Assembly (NCBI RefSeq): GCF_009914755.1
Contig: NC_060928.1
Strand: one strand, 5' to 3'
Source: the human T2T-CHM13v2.0 reference genome, Homo sapiens
DNA length: 64,000 nucleotides
Shown here: one piece after another, positions 1 to 16,203 of the stretch
Layout of the letters: each line of letters opens with the position of its first letter
Numbering within the stretch: position 1 is the first letter of the stretch
Program-made: the position numbers and the translations under genes
The notes under the pieces: generated by a model
What the model saw: only the letters and a program-made list of their open reading frames with translations
Told to the model about the DNA's origin: nothing
Database searches by the model: none

Positions 1-199
1 GAGCTTAAAAGCCTCCTTTGTGTGTTAATAGCGTTTAGAGGGGAACCGGGCCTGAGCACTGGGCACTGGAAGAGGAGCTGGGATGTGTGTTCTAATTAAT
101 TCCAGCTCTCCCTGGCCTGCCTCAGGCAGCGCACTGATCCTGGGTCTGCAGGTAGAAAATGGGAAGCAACCGCCCAACTCGAGATTCTCAGATAAGATG

Positions 200-2050
<1,851 letters not shown>

Positions 2051-2701
2051 CACATGTGATGGTGTCTGAAAAACTCCAACGCATTATAAAATAGAGTTAG
2101 GATTTTAAAAAGAAAGAAAGATGACTCCAGAGATCATCCCCATCACCAGCAGACAACTGAAACTGGTAAGAGAACAGGTGACTCGTTAGTACTTATTTTA
2201 ATTCCTAAAAAGTGATAACTCACATGGAGAAGGAAAAATGACAGAAGAATTCTGCTTCCCTTTATTCACCTAAACTCAAAATTAATGGCATTTTGAACAA
2301 AGTCTTTTAATTGCAGAATTAAAAAATTCATGCTCAGTTATCATATTCAATATTTTAAATTTACTATGGCATCTATCATTTGAAAGAAGCACAGAGAAAA
2401 TTTACACCTCCACTAATTGGTTGGCACCGACCCTTCAGACAGCATCAGCAAGGGGAGCGCCCATTCCCTTGCATTGCAACTCTCTTGCCTTCACCAGTAT
2501 CCTGCATTTATCACAGGGATTTCCCAATGTCAAGCAAGTATCTCTGTTTGAATAAATATTGTCATGCTGACTTGTTCTCTAAAGAATTTCTAAAGTCCTT
2601 TCTTTCTATTTGGTCTTAACCTCTTGTCTCTTTCAAAGAGTTTTCAGCGTGTCCCATGTAATCATACATTTTCTTTCACTTAGACATAGGATCTTTTTCT
2701 T

Positions 2702-2995
<294 letters not shown>

Positions 2996-3958
2996 AGGAT
3001 CTTTTTCTTTATTGCTGTTATCCAACCTTTTCTCATCCAATGTCTTTTAATCTGCATGTCTGTGGAGTAACCTACAGTCTGACTGTCCCCTCCTATTCAT
3101 GCATCCTATCTCCATATGGTCTATATTCATCTTAGAACTGCGCCAGTCTTTAATCGTTAGAGGAGGGAGGGAAAGGCGCCTGTTTCTATTAATTTATCCA
3201 TATGTACACATGCACATTCTCCCTGTGGCATTGCCTCCAACAGCTTTTTACAGCTCTGATTTGACCGAGAACGCTTTCAGAACTCCGTAAGCTGAGAAAA
3301 AGATACTAATCTAATGCCATCAAAGCTATAATACTTATATTTTTCCTTGGAATAAGAGAACTGGAAGAATCTTCAGTGATAATTTACTTCATAGAGATAT
3401 TGAGAAATAAATGTCAGGTGATGCCTCTAACAGCCCCACAGTCACTGGGCATGAACATACCAAACCTGGAACCCTTGGCTCCTTACGGCGGCTCCAGGAT
3501 TCTTTCGTGTGAATATGGCAATTGTTGTTTTAAGCACTATGGGGCTTTACTTAGCTAATGTGTGTATTACAGACATGCATATCCCTATCCAGATTAAAAA
3601 AAAAAAAGTCTTCAGGAAGTAAAAGTAAAAAGCAATACAAACATTTGCAAAAATCTCTAAGAACTAGGTTTTATTGTGTATTTCTGGGAGCAAACAATAT
3701 ATTCATATTCTACTTTAATATAGCTGGTATTAACAAAACTCCTGAAGGGAGATTCCGGATTAAAAAAAACTCAAAATACAATAAAGCTTTAGTCATTTCA
3801 GCCAATTTCAGAGAAGATCAGTCAAAATCAGCACAACTGACATAGAACAGATCACCAGAATCAAGACTATGAGAGTAATCATTCTCAGGTAACCACACTG
3901 TACAGCAATCCCTGTGTTTCTAAGCAAAGACTTAGCAAAGTTAAAGAAATAAAGAAGT

Positions 3959-4315
<357 letters not shown>

Positions 4316-6577
4316 TCATTAATGTGCTCAAATACTTAACATAGCTGTTTTCTAAATTAGTTTGCATGTGCCCCTGACATTTTATCAAGGCTACTAATTT
4401 TTCAACAAACCTTTTATCTTGAGAGATTACAGTACAAAGATAAACTTCAGCCCACTTCTGGGAACCCTGGAACCACTACTTTAGATTAAGTTTTATTTCA
4501 AACTTCTACGAGGTGAACTGACTCAAAAGTCACTTTTTATAGAAAGGAGACAGATATGTGTATTTTCATGGGTAGGTCCAATCCCCAAACATTTCAGCTT
4601 TTCCTAACATGTGTGCTCTTCAAAACAAGGAGTTATTTTGTTACTATATGTCTTTCATAGATATTCATAATGAAATAGTAAACTCTAGCACTTTAAAAAT
4701 AATTAACTCTGTAACTATAAAAATACATAAATATCAAAATAAATTATATTAAAATATCATTATTTATTCCTTTCTGAAAACTGTTTATAAACAATTATAT
4801 CTTAAAGTAAAACATGCTTACATGGAGCTGGTTGATTTTAGTGGGTGGGAGAAGACTCATATATACACTGGTGTGTCCCTCTGTTTATCTGAAACCCCAC
4901 ACGATCACAGCTGAGTTTGCCCCTTGATTCGTAAAAATAATCTACTTAATTTCTTTTCTATGCAGTTGTTCAAAGGTTTTCCATTGATTATAACAGTAGT
5001 TTTGTACAAAAGTCCCTAATTAGACCTGCTGTCGGGCCACAACTAGTAGAAGGCCAGGCAGGGGAGGAGCGGCAGGAAGCTTTAAGTGAAATTAAATTCT
5101 GCAGGAAAAGAAACAGCAAGTTATCAAATTCATGGACTGACTAACGAAACCAGAGGACATTCAATTTCAGGACGGAAAGAACAAATTTGATCTTAATTAC
5201 TAAGAAGCTCTTACAAGTTGTGAGGAAGTCATATCTTAAGAAGGATCAGCCTCCTAACTTCTTGATAAATTAGTTTCTCAACACTAACCTTTCAGATGCC
5301 AAAGAAATATATCACGTGCATGGCAGTCAGGAAAATGTCAGTGTTCAAGGGGGTAAAGTAAATGGCTAAGTAATCACAAAAGTGACATCTATGCATGCTT
5401 AACAATATGCTAAGTCTGAAAAATAAAGATGAAATTTAAATAGAGAATTTAAAGAGGCACTGCCCCACACTGGCAAAGGTGTTTAAGATGCTCTGCTGAA
5501 CTCTTTCGCCTTAATTAATTCCAGGTTTTTCAGCATTTTCCTTCCCAGCATTACATCCTTTTTAGAGTATCCCTGTAGACATAGGAACTGACTCGGGTAA
5601 GAGCCCCACTTCTACCCAACGCACTCAGAGTGAGGCCTCCCCCGACTCTTGGGGACACTGAGATGCTACGGTTCCCTCCCTGGTGCAGTGAGATGCAGCA
5701 GGCCAAGCAACCCTGGCTCCCTGGTCCATTGGGTGGGATAGGAGGCCAAGCACAGAGGCACTCACCAAAACCCAGAGCCCTTTGCCAGCAGAAATCAGCA
5801 AGGCCACAAGTGCTGGGCAGCTGGATACATGTGGCAAGCATTACTAAAAATTCCCTTAAGTTTAACAACGGGAACAAGTTAATTCTCCAACTCTCTAATT
5901 TGTAAACTATATCATCAAAATCGGTTACGAAAACCCAAGGAAAGAGTGATATCTGAATCACCAAGAGTATTTTACCTCATTTGATAACATTGGTATTTTG
6001 ATTAAATGTGCTTCACTATAATGAATTCCACAAAGAAAAAGGAATGAAAAATGTCAACTGAATACTTCATCACGGGTTTAGCAACCCACCCCCTCATGAA
6101 AATAAAAATCTTCCCAAGTTTTTTAATCTTGTAAATTAGATAAATCTGCTGCTTCCTCTTTTTTAATTGTCATTCATCTGAAAAGATTCTTAGTATAATA
6201 ACATTGCCTTCTTCCTGCCACTTAATGTTACTGACATCATATTATCTTTTGGATTTTTCAGGAAAAGGATGGAATAAAAAGCTTCTTTAGCAGAGGGAAT
6301 TTTCATTTTCCACATTAATACTACATTATAATAAAATAGTTTTATGAAGTTTTGATCCCAAGACTGGAAGAACAAAAACACCCTTTAAAAATAACTCTCT
6401 AGAGACACAGCCCAGGAAAAGCTCCATCTTCCTATTATGTTACAAGTAGTGTGTGTTTCCCTCCTCCCCACAAGGCATCAATCAGGACTAATGACTTCCG
6501 ACTTACGGAATTAATAAAGCAGTATTAAGCTGTATGTTATTTGGTAAACTCAAATTTACACAGTTCTCAAGCTCCCT

Positions 6578-6930
6578 GTCACAGTCCCTTGGGGCTGCTA
6601 TAACAAAGTCCCATAGACTGGGTGGCTGAGAAACAATGGACATTTATTTCTCATGGTTCTGGAGGCTGGAAGTCAGGACACCAGCATGGTTAGATTCTGG
6701 CAAGGTCTCCTTTCAGGGTTGCAGATAGCCATCTTCTCCGCCTATCCTTGCACATGGAAAAAGAGTAACTGAGCTCCCTGGGGTCCCTTTTAGAAGGGCA
6801 CTAATCCCATTCAGGAGAGCTCCACCCTCATGGCCTAATTACGTCCCCCCAGGCCCCACCTCCAAATATCAGCACATTGGAATTAGGGTTTCAACATGTG
6901 AATTTGGGGGGAGACACATTCAGTCCACTG
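6578..6930 (-). mobile_element. MaLR solo LTR (MLT1A/MSTD-like)
   Basis: GGCTGCTATAACAAA...TTCTGGAGGCTGGAAGTC...GGGTTTCAACATGTGAATTTGGGGGG hallmark blocks. Confidence 0.8.
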
Positions 6931-9526
6931 CACTCCCCTTTGAAGAAATGTTACAGTGAGCCACGCATGTGGCTTTCTGCATGATGCCGGACACAGGCCA
7001 CCCCTCCCCGAGCTCCTGATCTCTGAGGAGTAATTATTTTATCGGAGCCTCAGTCTGATCAACTGCAAAAAAAAATGAGACAATGATTGGCATTTCAGTA
7101 CAGCTGAATTCATGTGCCCCACAGGAGAGACACAGGGAGGTAGCAGGAAGAGCACTGACCTTGGAATTAGGAGATGTCACCCTGCATGTGTGACATTATA
7201 GAAGTTACTTACAAGAAAGGAGGAGGCTTAGATCCTGTGGGCATAGAACCCTGAGACACTACTAAGGTATTGCAAGGGGTCCAAGCATATCCACAACTGG
7301 ATAAATCCCATGTCCAGGACATACATAAACTTTTCCCAAACATACATAAATGCTATCCAATTAATAAAGTTCAGATTAACAAAAAATGTTACTGATACGA
7401 AGTAGTTTTTGTCATTGTGGAGTTTCTTACTCAAAAGATACTAAGAATTTAGCATTATGCAGGGGTCCTGGAAGTTTTTCAGCATTTAAAAGAGGGTCCT
7501 GTACATTCAAAAGAGTTAAAAATCATTGTCCAGAACTCGAGATAATCTCTAAAGCTCCTTTACAGGGATTAACCTATGAATTTACCCTTCCTGCTACAGC
7601 AGCTCAGTCACCATTAATGTAGATGAGGAAAGAATGGGTTGAGCTATCCAACTCCAGGCAGTATCCCCTTATTTTTTAAATTAATTTTGAAAATCTTAAA
7701 ACGAAAGCAAAAAAAAAAAAAAAGACTTTGCATTTGAGTCAATTATCAGCAAACATTTCTGTGACATCCCAGGCAATCCAAACATTTACTTCTCTGTGGC
7801 CTGAAAAACCTTGAGAAGACAACAAGTGTACAGTTTATACACAGTCATCGTCATTTAGACTTTAAGCCCATCTTTACTGTATTATGGCGGCAGTAATACT
7901 AAATGCCTTTTAGAAACCATTTAATACCTTCTACAACTTTTATGGTACATCAAATTACAAGCTTACTCTCGTGAAAGAAAACTGTCGACATTCTAACACA
8001 GCTACATATAAATGAATAATTGATAAGTAAGAGCAAAGAGCTTTGAAAACCTAGAGGTATCATATGGATAATAAAAAATAATGCAGACAGACAACCAGTG
8101 CCCAGGAGCTCAGGAGCTATTCAATAAAAAACAATCGGTGAAGTTGGACAAATACCTATGCAGGTTTTTAAAAAAATTCCTTCTAGAAAGGGGCTCTGAA
8201 AGGTACTCTCCTCAATTTGGACAAAAGGCAGTGTCTCATAACCAACAAAATCAGCTACACGGGAAGTCAGGAGAGCTGGGAAGTCTGGGGTGTGGGGCAG
8301 GTGCTGCAAATGTACTGCATGGCCCTTGGCTTCCAGGTCACTGCTTAAAGATCTGCTGGGGGCTCTGGGTGACTGAAGAAGGCACAGGCCCCATTGGGAG
8401 GCCCACTCAGTGCTCACCCAGGACCCCTCCGCACTGTCCAACCACGGGTATCTTTTGCACCAGCTTGAGTATGACGGACCGCCATCCCCCCAGAATTCCT
8501 CCATATCAAAGTCCAGCCCCAGGGCCAATATTTCACTGCCCAGACTCGGTGACATACTGACTGTGGCCGTCACACAGTTCAATGCAGACCTTTAACATAT
8601 CGACCCTCCACTTTCACCATTTTTATAGGGGACTTTGAACCGCACTGTGAAAAATTATCTTTGCATGGACTTAAAAACAACTAATCACTTCCCTTCTTTC
8701 TTACCATCAAAAGCTTATAGAATCAAAATCAGGGTGACAGTTTCTGAGTCCGCGCATTTTTCTAATTAGTCATCCACTACCACCGGCTCTGAAGCTGTGC
8801 TGAGAAGACAGTCTTACCCTCCCCCAACTCCATCCTCTCTTCCCACTCCGACGAGGGAGGGTGAGGTTAAATCAAGGATCTGAGGATTCGGTCCCCTTCA
8901 TCCCTAAACTACTTTTCACATCCTGGAAACCCAGACTGCTTTGCAGTCCTCAGTTCCTCCTCTCTCTCCAGGTACCTCTTAACTTTTTCTTTCAAACATG
9001 GAGAAGTTGCCCCTAGGCAATTTAGAAAGAAATTTATGGGGCTTATTTAACATGATTGAGGTCCAGGAACATTAGTAAAAATATATAAATTAGACTAAAT
9101 GTTGACTTGGATTCTTCATGAGAAAAACCCAGAAGAAAACCTACCAGGAGAGTCAACAAAGAAGAAAGGTCGTACATCACGCCTTGGCCTGAAGACACAA
9201 TCTTTCCCATTTGGATGGCCTTACTCTCCCTTCACTTCCAACAGCGCCAGTCTGTTCATTCTCAGACATAAAATACAGGGCCTAACCTTACAAAAATCAG
9301 CAACCTGCATACCCAGCATGATTTGCCTCTTTTCCAGCATTGCTTGCATATTCTCCAAGGAATGCAAGGAAAAGTAAAGCTATGGCTGGACCCTCCCAGG
9401 CAATCTCTGAAGGAATTTTCCCTGGGGCTTAGACAGGCAACAAACTCTAAGAAGCAGCCTTCCCTAATTTCAAGGGGAAAATCCAGAGACAGTCAAGCCA
9501 AAGGTTTACAGTTCTACACTTCTAGC

Positions 9527-9866
9527 TTTTTCTTTTCTTTGTTTTTGTTTTGTTTTTTGTTTGTTTGTTTTTGTTTTGTTTTTTGAGACAGAGTCTTGCT
9601 CTGTCACCCAGGCTGGAGTGCAGTGGCGCAGTCTTGGCTCACTACAACCTCCACCTCCTGAGTTCAAGCGATTCTCCTTCCTCAGCCTCCCGAGTAGCTG
9701 AGATTACAGGCACCTGCCACCACGCACAGCTAATTTTTGTATTTTTAGTAGAGATGGGGTTTCACCATGTTGGCTAGGCTGGTCTCGAACTCCTGACCTC
9801 AGGTGATCTGCCCGTCTCCACCTCCCAAAGTGTTGGGATTACAGGCGTGAGCCATCGTGCCCAGCC
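9527..9866 (-). mobile_element. Alu (S-like)
   Basis: Antisense Alu with (TTTG)-type tail; TSD CACTTCT(A/G)GCTTTT. Confidence 0.95.
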
Positions 9867-10481
9867 TCACTTCTGGCTTTTGGTCTGACCACAGCCTACT
9901 GTGAAATTGCAGCATCCCCTGTAACTGGAGGAAGCAACTGGATCCTCCATCTCCTGATGTCTAGTTCACAGTTTGATTCCTGCTTGCCAGCAATGAGCTT
10001 GAGCCAGATGTTCTCATCAGGCACATGGGCTGAATGAAGCCTGCTTCTCATCAGACCAAAGCCCGAGCCAGCCCCTGGTTAGCCGACCCTGCTTCCAAGT
10101 AGTAAAAAAAGGAACCCACAGAGACACCATGCACATCCCTCAGCTATCTCTGCAAGGGGCTGTGACCCTCTGCAGAGACGCCGACTATCAGTGCACTGGT
10201 GTGGTGCAGGCCAGCAGGTTGCCAGTGAAGCCTGCCAGGCTCAGCACAGGCAGCAGAGCCCTGGATCTCAGGGCCAGCCTGTGTGGCCACTACCATGCTT
10301 CTCTCCGTGGCTCTCTTTGGAACTTAAGAGACAAGGCCAGGAAATTGGGGTAGTTCAGTAGGATACTTTTCTTTCCAGTTGTTGATGACAAAAGGGAGAT
10401 GATGCCTTCTGACCAACTTTCTTAATTAGGCACTCACCAGGCTATGTCACTAAGCAGAATGGGACATAAAACTTGCCCTAC

Positions 10482-10617
10482 CGTACGGGTATTTGGTGTC
10501 CAGCTTATTCTCTGCTGTCCTTCTCCAAGGCAACACGTCATCACTGCACCCATTTGGCATCCCATTGTACCCAATCCCGACAATCTTGTTTTCTGAATTC
10601 ACGATGCAGGCGCCGAC
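10482..10617 (-). CDS. DCTD: dCMP deaminase coding exon (136 nt): [45 protein letters not shown]+1 nt
   Basis: Acceptor TTCCTTCTAG before 10617, donor G|GTAGGG after 10482; in frame with the preceding exon; VGACIV..GYNG dCMP deaminase signature. The HAE/PCxxC exons are not in the window. Confidence 0.97.
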
Positions 10618-11019
10618 CTAGAAGGAAACATGCCCAAAGGCTTGGTGCCTGCAACTGGCTGGTCTGCCGCTGTGGAAGCAGGGAATAAAACCAGGGGGAC
10701 TGCAGAACTCAAAACAGACGCATAGCTGCTGCAGGTGCTGAGAGCTGTCGGTCTCCTTGCCTGGTTTTTTGTGGCAGCACCCACAAGCCAAGGAAAGTGC
10801 ACCCCCAGTCCCAGAAGGGGCACAAGAGGCAGTTAACAATGGCATGTGACAATTTTCTGTCTCACAGGAAGAACTAAGCTTGTAGAAACGCAGCACAAAA
10901 GGCAGACCGACCCTGCACTTTTAAGTTGACAGGCGTCCACTGAGTCTCCCCTTTCTGCTCATGTGCAGTAATCTCTTTGCCTGTGAGTATCTAAGCATTC
11001 TCCCGTGAAATTCATTTAC

Positions 11020-11134
11020 CTGGGAATTTGGATCTTTGCTTCTCTGTGCTGATAAGAAGGCCACAGCCATAAAATACTCTGGCCATTCCAAATAGTCGTC
11101 CCGTTTCTTGCAGGAAACTTCACTCATGTTGGGT
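11020..11134 (-). CDS. DCTD: dCMP deaminase exon (115 nt); ATG at 11127: [36 protein letters not shown]
   Basis: Acceptor TTCTTCTAG|ACCCAACATG, donor CAG|GTAAAT; peptide matches the known human DCTD N-terminus. Confidence 0.97.
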
Positions 11135-11489
11135 CTAGAAGAAAAACATGACAAAACAGAAGTTGAGAGAAGCATTTTAGTAAGTCTGTTTTCCAGTTCA
11201 ACCCAACCACACTGAACCTTTAAATCTCTAAACATGGGCAACTTCAGCTACATTTATCAATCAGAAATCACAGCACATGGGCCCTAAACAGTCTCTGGTC
11301 TTAAGTAAAAACTTAAGAAATTTCCTATTTCAGAAGTTTGAATTTGAAACCTATAGCTTCACGTTCCCAAATATTTCATCTATTTACTGCTTTCTCATAG
11401 GATTTTTTATGCCAGCCTACAAATTGTTGTGTCCTTTACCTGTCTCCCTTACAAAGCGGAGTCAGCACAGGAGGAGGGTGGAAAAAAGA

Positions 11490-11690
11490 AATATTTATTG
11501 ATCATCTATAGATTCCAGACATTGTTAAAGTTTATACACATCATGTCACTCAAGCCTTACTCCTAGCTAAGGTAGACAGTGCCATCCCATCTTACACAGA
11601 CTCAGAGAACTTAGGTAACTTAACCTAAACCACACAGGATTATCATCCATGCCAGACGGATTCAAAGAAAACATCTGAAGCCTTCCCAAC
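11490..11690. mobile_element. MIR
   Basis: MIR-core-like CCCATCTTACACAGA...GTAACTTAACCTAAACCACACAG...GGATTCAAA. Confidence 0.55.
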
Positions 11691-12539
11691 TCTGATATTA
11701 ACCAGATAATTTTTCCCTTCCCTTTCTCCTCAATAATCCAGATGGGACAGAAGTTATCAACTCCGAGTAATGAATTACATGAGAAGAAACTATGAAAAAC
11801 GTCAAGTGCTACTCCTAAAGCAAGGTTTTTGGAACGTAGTTTACCAGGGGCAAGCAGAGACTGTCTACGGCAGGGAGAGCCCACGAAGGGGGTCCTAGGA
11901 CTTCAGGGGAGTGGTCGCTTTCAAAAGGAATGAAACAAGGGCAAGGAAGGAAGACAACACAAAAACGGGGTGGGTACCACGGAGAAATCTTGAGAAAGGC
12001 GAGGAATGTGGTCTAAAGGAAGGCAAGCATCTCCCAAAACTTCTGCTTCAGGCTCCACACTTTATTTAGGCATCTGCTACAGTGCAGGGCGGCAGTGCCT
12101 AAGACAAGGATGCAGTGGAGAGTGGGTGCTGGGAACCACGGTCACCCACTGATTACGCTGCCCCACATCTGAGAGGCCTGGCAACCCCCCTAACAGGAAA
12201 AGACAGGTGCTGAATCAGCCTGGTTTCCCACCTGGCTTTAGGGCCAGCATCCATCATCGCTGTGGGGTGCTGGAGAAGTACCTACTAAATAGGAGGGAGG
12301 GGGAGCCATGGGGGGCGAGGGAAGAGCAGGAGAGGGAAGGGTCCTGTTAATCCCCTGGGCGCCTTCTCCTGGTGTGGCTGAACGCCCACTAGAGCCCTGT
12401 GAGGACTGAGGCCCAGCTGTAGAAACAGAGAGAACTGGAGCTCGAATACAACGATTCAGGAAGACACATCCGGTCACCGTCCCAGGCACACCCCACGCCG
12501 CTCGCAACCCCGTCAGCTCTGATCCAGGGCCTACACCCG

Positions 12540-13400
12540 GCATTCCCAACCCACACACGGGCGCAGGAAGGGATGTGGTGTTCAGACGCCCAGCACCACC
12601 TCCCGGGGCACTCCAAGGGGCCCGGCCTCGCACAGGCCGCGGCGCCCGCCGAGAAATCGACCCTGGAGTGACTGCGGGGACCCCGAGCGCCCCCACCCCG
12701 CCCGCATTCTCCGATCTAAAGGCTGAGCGCGGCCGAGGCGCCCCCAGCGTCCGCGGCCCCAGGCCCCCGCCCGGCAGCCAGCGCCCCGCGCCACGCGCTC
12801 GGGACGGTGCCACGCGGCGGTGGCTAGGGGCGCGCGGGCCGCGTACCCGCACGGCTGGCCCCCGCCCACCATCCGGTGCCGGCTCCGCGCGCAGGCCGGT
12901 GCTCGTCCCCGCCGCCGCCGTGCTCAGGGAAGGAAGTCGGGGGAGGAGGCGGGGCCGCCGCGGGGCCGGAAGGGGGCAGCGGCCCGGGCGCCGCGCGTTC
13001 GCAGGACGGCGGCTGGCCCCGGGGGCCCGAAGCCCTGAGGGGAGGGAGGGAGGGACGGCGGGGGCGGGTCGCACGCCGCAAAGGCGCTGCTCCGCGTCGC
13101 CGTACGCCTCCCGGTCCCCGTGACGCAGCCCGCGGTCCGGCCGGCGGTGTTCAGAGCCCGAGCACAAACTACTTCCCGGGTGCCAGACCGCCCCGAGGTC
13201 GCCCCGCTGCCCGGGTCACGCGTGGCGCTGGGTGGCCGCGAGTTGGGCGCTCCCGGGCCTGACTGCACGACCGTCGGGGGCTGCTTGGTTTGGTGGTGGT
13301 GGCGGTGGTGAGGTTTTCCCCACCATCCGTGTTCCATCAACTGCTTAGAGACACGGCTATGGAGATTGTGATTAAAAGACGACCCCAAGAATCTAGTGCC
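12540..13400. promoter_or_regulatory. DCTD: CpG island / DCTD promoter (TATA-less)
   Basis: Very high GC and CpG density; GC boxes; ETS-like GGAAGT ~12932; CRE-like TGACGCA ~13121; ZNF143-like AACTACTTCCCGGGTGCC 13167-13184. Confidence 0.93.
12847..12872 (-). CDS. DCTD: Coding part of DCTD first exon for the N-terminally extended isoform (MVGGGQPCG)
   Basis: ATG at 12872, donor CGG|GTACGC after 12847; GG+ACCCAACATG gives MVGGGQPCGPN-MSEV in frame, matching the long isoform as I recall it. Confidence 0.88.
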
Positions 13401-15269
13401 GTGAAACTGGCGGGGCGGGAGGTGGGGAGACCTGGTTTGGGTCTCTGGAGTGAGCCCGCTGTGTCGCAGCGTCCCCGTGGGGACCCTTGGCCGGTGGCTG
13501 GGTCACAGTTTCACACACTGGATGGGGCAGGGAACTGGGTCCGGCGGGGGCGCTGTGCCTCGAGGCTCAGTGCCTCGAAGCTAGATTTGCATTTGGCTGC
13601 GCCTGACAGGCTTTCAGTTTCTGCTCAAATTGTGCGGAAGGGCCTGAGGTGTTTGCTAAAGCCTGCCGCGCCCTGCTCGACCCGTATCACCGCACAGGCA
13701 CCCCACCTGCATGTTACCTCCTGGTAATGCTCGCCCACTTATATAGTGCACATTTTGTTGCAGTTGTTTCAAAGATGAGAAAAACAGGGCAATAGGAAAG
13801 ACCATCAGTGACATTTCTGGAGTCGTATGCCCCAAGCAACTTAATCTGGTTTTCATGAACTTCGTTACCCTGTGCAGACGTCTAGCCCCTTACAGTGGTT
13901 CTAGCACAGAGAATGACAGAAGAACCCCTTTCTGTTTCATTCATGGGACTTGAGGGGACTGTCAGCACTCCATAAATAACAGCTACTGTAATAATCGCCA
14001 GTTCTGATCTGCACATCCCAGATTTGAACTGCTATTCCAAACAAAAGCTTGTTAACTATATTAATTTAGCCTAACGGAGGAAGAATGATGAGAGTAAACA
14101 GTTGGTTCTATCTAATTTCTCACTACAGCAGACACATCATTCTTCATCTCATGGTCCAGCTTGTAGATTCAATAATTAAATTATGTACTGCTCTTGGTGG
14201 ATGCCGGGAAAGCAAAAGGGAGAAATACTTCATCGTTAACTATAGATTTTTTTTTTTTTTTTTTGCCTTGATAAGACTCAGGCTTGAAAGAGCCACATAG
14301 ATTAAGATGATGATTTTTAATTTCAAGTTGACTTTACATGGCTGTCTTGTTGCCGCTAAAATGTGTCATATATCCCGAGCCCCTGGTTTCCCTCCTCCTC
14401 CCAAATCCACCGCTTGGTCTTTGTCACACTCATCTACAGTCTTTGGGTCTTCATAGATCCATTTCTCTTCTTACCAACCTACAACCCATACATCACCAAT
14501 TGCTGCTGCTCCTTCAACCACAACATCATTAAGCTTTCTTCCTTCCTCTGCTCGGTAAAGACTGTCATACATAATTTAGTTACTTCTCATCACTCTCCAT
14601 TTTGGTCAACTCACACACTCCCCTCTGCCATAAATTCAAGCTCCTGCTTGCTGAAAACACATTACCCTGAATGTTCCCGCATTTCACTGAAAGTCCCTCA
14701 TCTTAAAGATGACATCATTCATAATACAGGAAACCCTCCTGGTTCAGAGTTTCACAACTTGAGGTTTCAAATATTGTACACCAATAGTGAAGCCACGCGG
14801 CCAAAGGGGGGAGAAATATATTCCTTGGTATGTCTTTCTCATTAACACCTTGTAACTCCAAGTGTGACTGTAGGTGTTAAATCTCTCTTGCTAATACCTT
14901 GTATTTGGGCTTATAATTGAGGATCTTTCTCCACCTACTACAGATACAGAGGTTAGGTATGTGTTCAGCCCTATCTAGATTGGCCTTCCTTGAGGGCCTC
15001 ACACAGGTTGAACCCAATCAGCACATTCCTAAGGACTACTGTCTTGGCCCTTTTGTTTATGGGGTTTCGTGCTATCTATGTCTAGTCTAGAGCATAACCT
15101 GGAATATATTAATATTTCAGTGTGCCTTAGGTAGGGGATCCCGATTAAAAACAGAAGTCAAGGTAAGACTCTTCCAGGGCTGCCTCAGAAGAGGGGTTGA
15201 TGGCATTTGCAAATGTCTGCCGTACCGAGATACTACCTGCCCCTCCTTCCACCTCCTCTGCCTGCCAAG

Positions 15270-15460
15270 GTAAGGATGAGACCTGTGACTGGGGAAACAG
15301 AGGCAAGGAGTCAGGAAGGTGGCCAATCTGTCCATCAAGTTTGTCATGAGAGAAAGAGCACCGGCCTTGGAGTCAGACCAGACTTTGAACCCTACTCCCA
15401 CTTCTTACAACCCGAGTAACCTTGAGAAGCTACTTCCATTCTTGGAGTCTCTGTAAAATC
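15270..15460. mobile_element. MIR fragments
   Basis: GGGGAAACAGAGGC; TTGGAGTCAGACCAGACTTTGAACCC...TAACCTTGAGAAGCTACTT. Confidence 0.55.
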
Positions 15461-15878
15461 AACAATATTCATTTTTTATTAATTCCCTGCTATGTGCTAA
15501 GTGCTGTAAATACCATGATGGATACTATAAGCCAGTTCTTGCCCTCACATTCCCCTCTCCGCAAATAAACACAGAAAAAAATGAACCTTATTGCTGGCCC
15601 AGTGAACATAGTAAATGTTGTTATAAACTGCCTGTTGTTCTTAATTTGGTGGTTGTCAGTCAGGACCAAAAACTCCTTTGCATAACAACTGCACTTAGAG
15701 GCAAAGTGCCACTTTGACTGGTTTTCAAAGGAATAATTGTTTATGTTTCCATGCTAAAGTGCAAACTAGAGAAAACTCTTTTTAAATCTTAAGGGATGAC
15801 TGTAAGTCTGCTAAACCACAAAAAAGTCACAATGAAAATTCTAGAAAAAAATAAATATGTGGTCTTATCAATACAGTA

Positions 15879-16203
15879 CAGGTTGAGCATCCCTAACCTG
15901 AAAATTCAAAATCCAAAATGCTCTAAGATCTGAAACTTTTTGAGTGCTGACACTCCCACAAGTGGGAAATTCACACCTGACCTCATGTGATAGGTGCACA
16001 AAATTATGAAAAATATCCTGTCAAACTACTTCCAGGCTATGTATGTAAGGTGTATATTAAACATAAATATATATTGTGTTTAGATTTGGGTCCCATCCCC
16101 AGGACACCTCATTACATATATGCACATATTCCCAAATCTGAAAAAATCCAAAACCTGAAACACTTCTGGTCCTAAGCATTTTGGAGAAGGGATATTCAAC
16201 CTG
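15879..16203. mobile_element. Tigger4/MER46 (Zombi) TcMar MITE
   Basis: TIRs CAGGTTGAGCATCCCT...AGGGATATTCAACCTG flanked by TA target duplications. Confidence 0.88.

Noticed and set aside
5551-5964. 137-aa minus-strand ORF in the DCTD intron
   Set aside because: No recognisable domain, no HAE/PCxxC deaminase motifs, and no convincing splice sites found.
10921-11241. 106-aa ORF as a stand-alone protein
   Set aside because: It is the DCTD exon 11020-11134 read through into both flanking introns.
13585-13592. Octamer ATTTGCAT plus ZNF143-like site as an snRNA-type promoter
   Set aside because: The sites are ~400 bp apart, and no PSE or snRNA-like sequence was recognised.
12238-13727. Overlapping Arg/Pro/Gly/Ala-rich ORFs (e.g. 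309 aa)
   Set aside because: Expected from stop-codon scarcity in a CpG island; only 12847-12872 splices in frame to DCTD.
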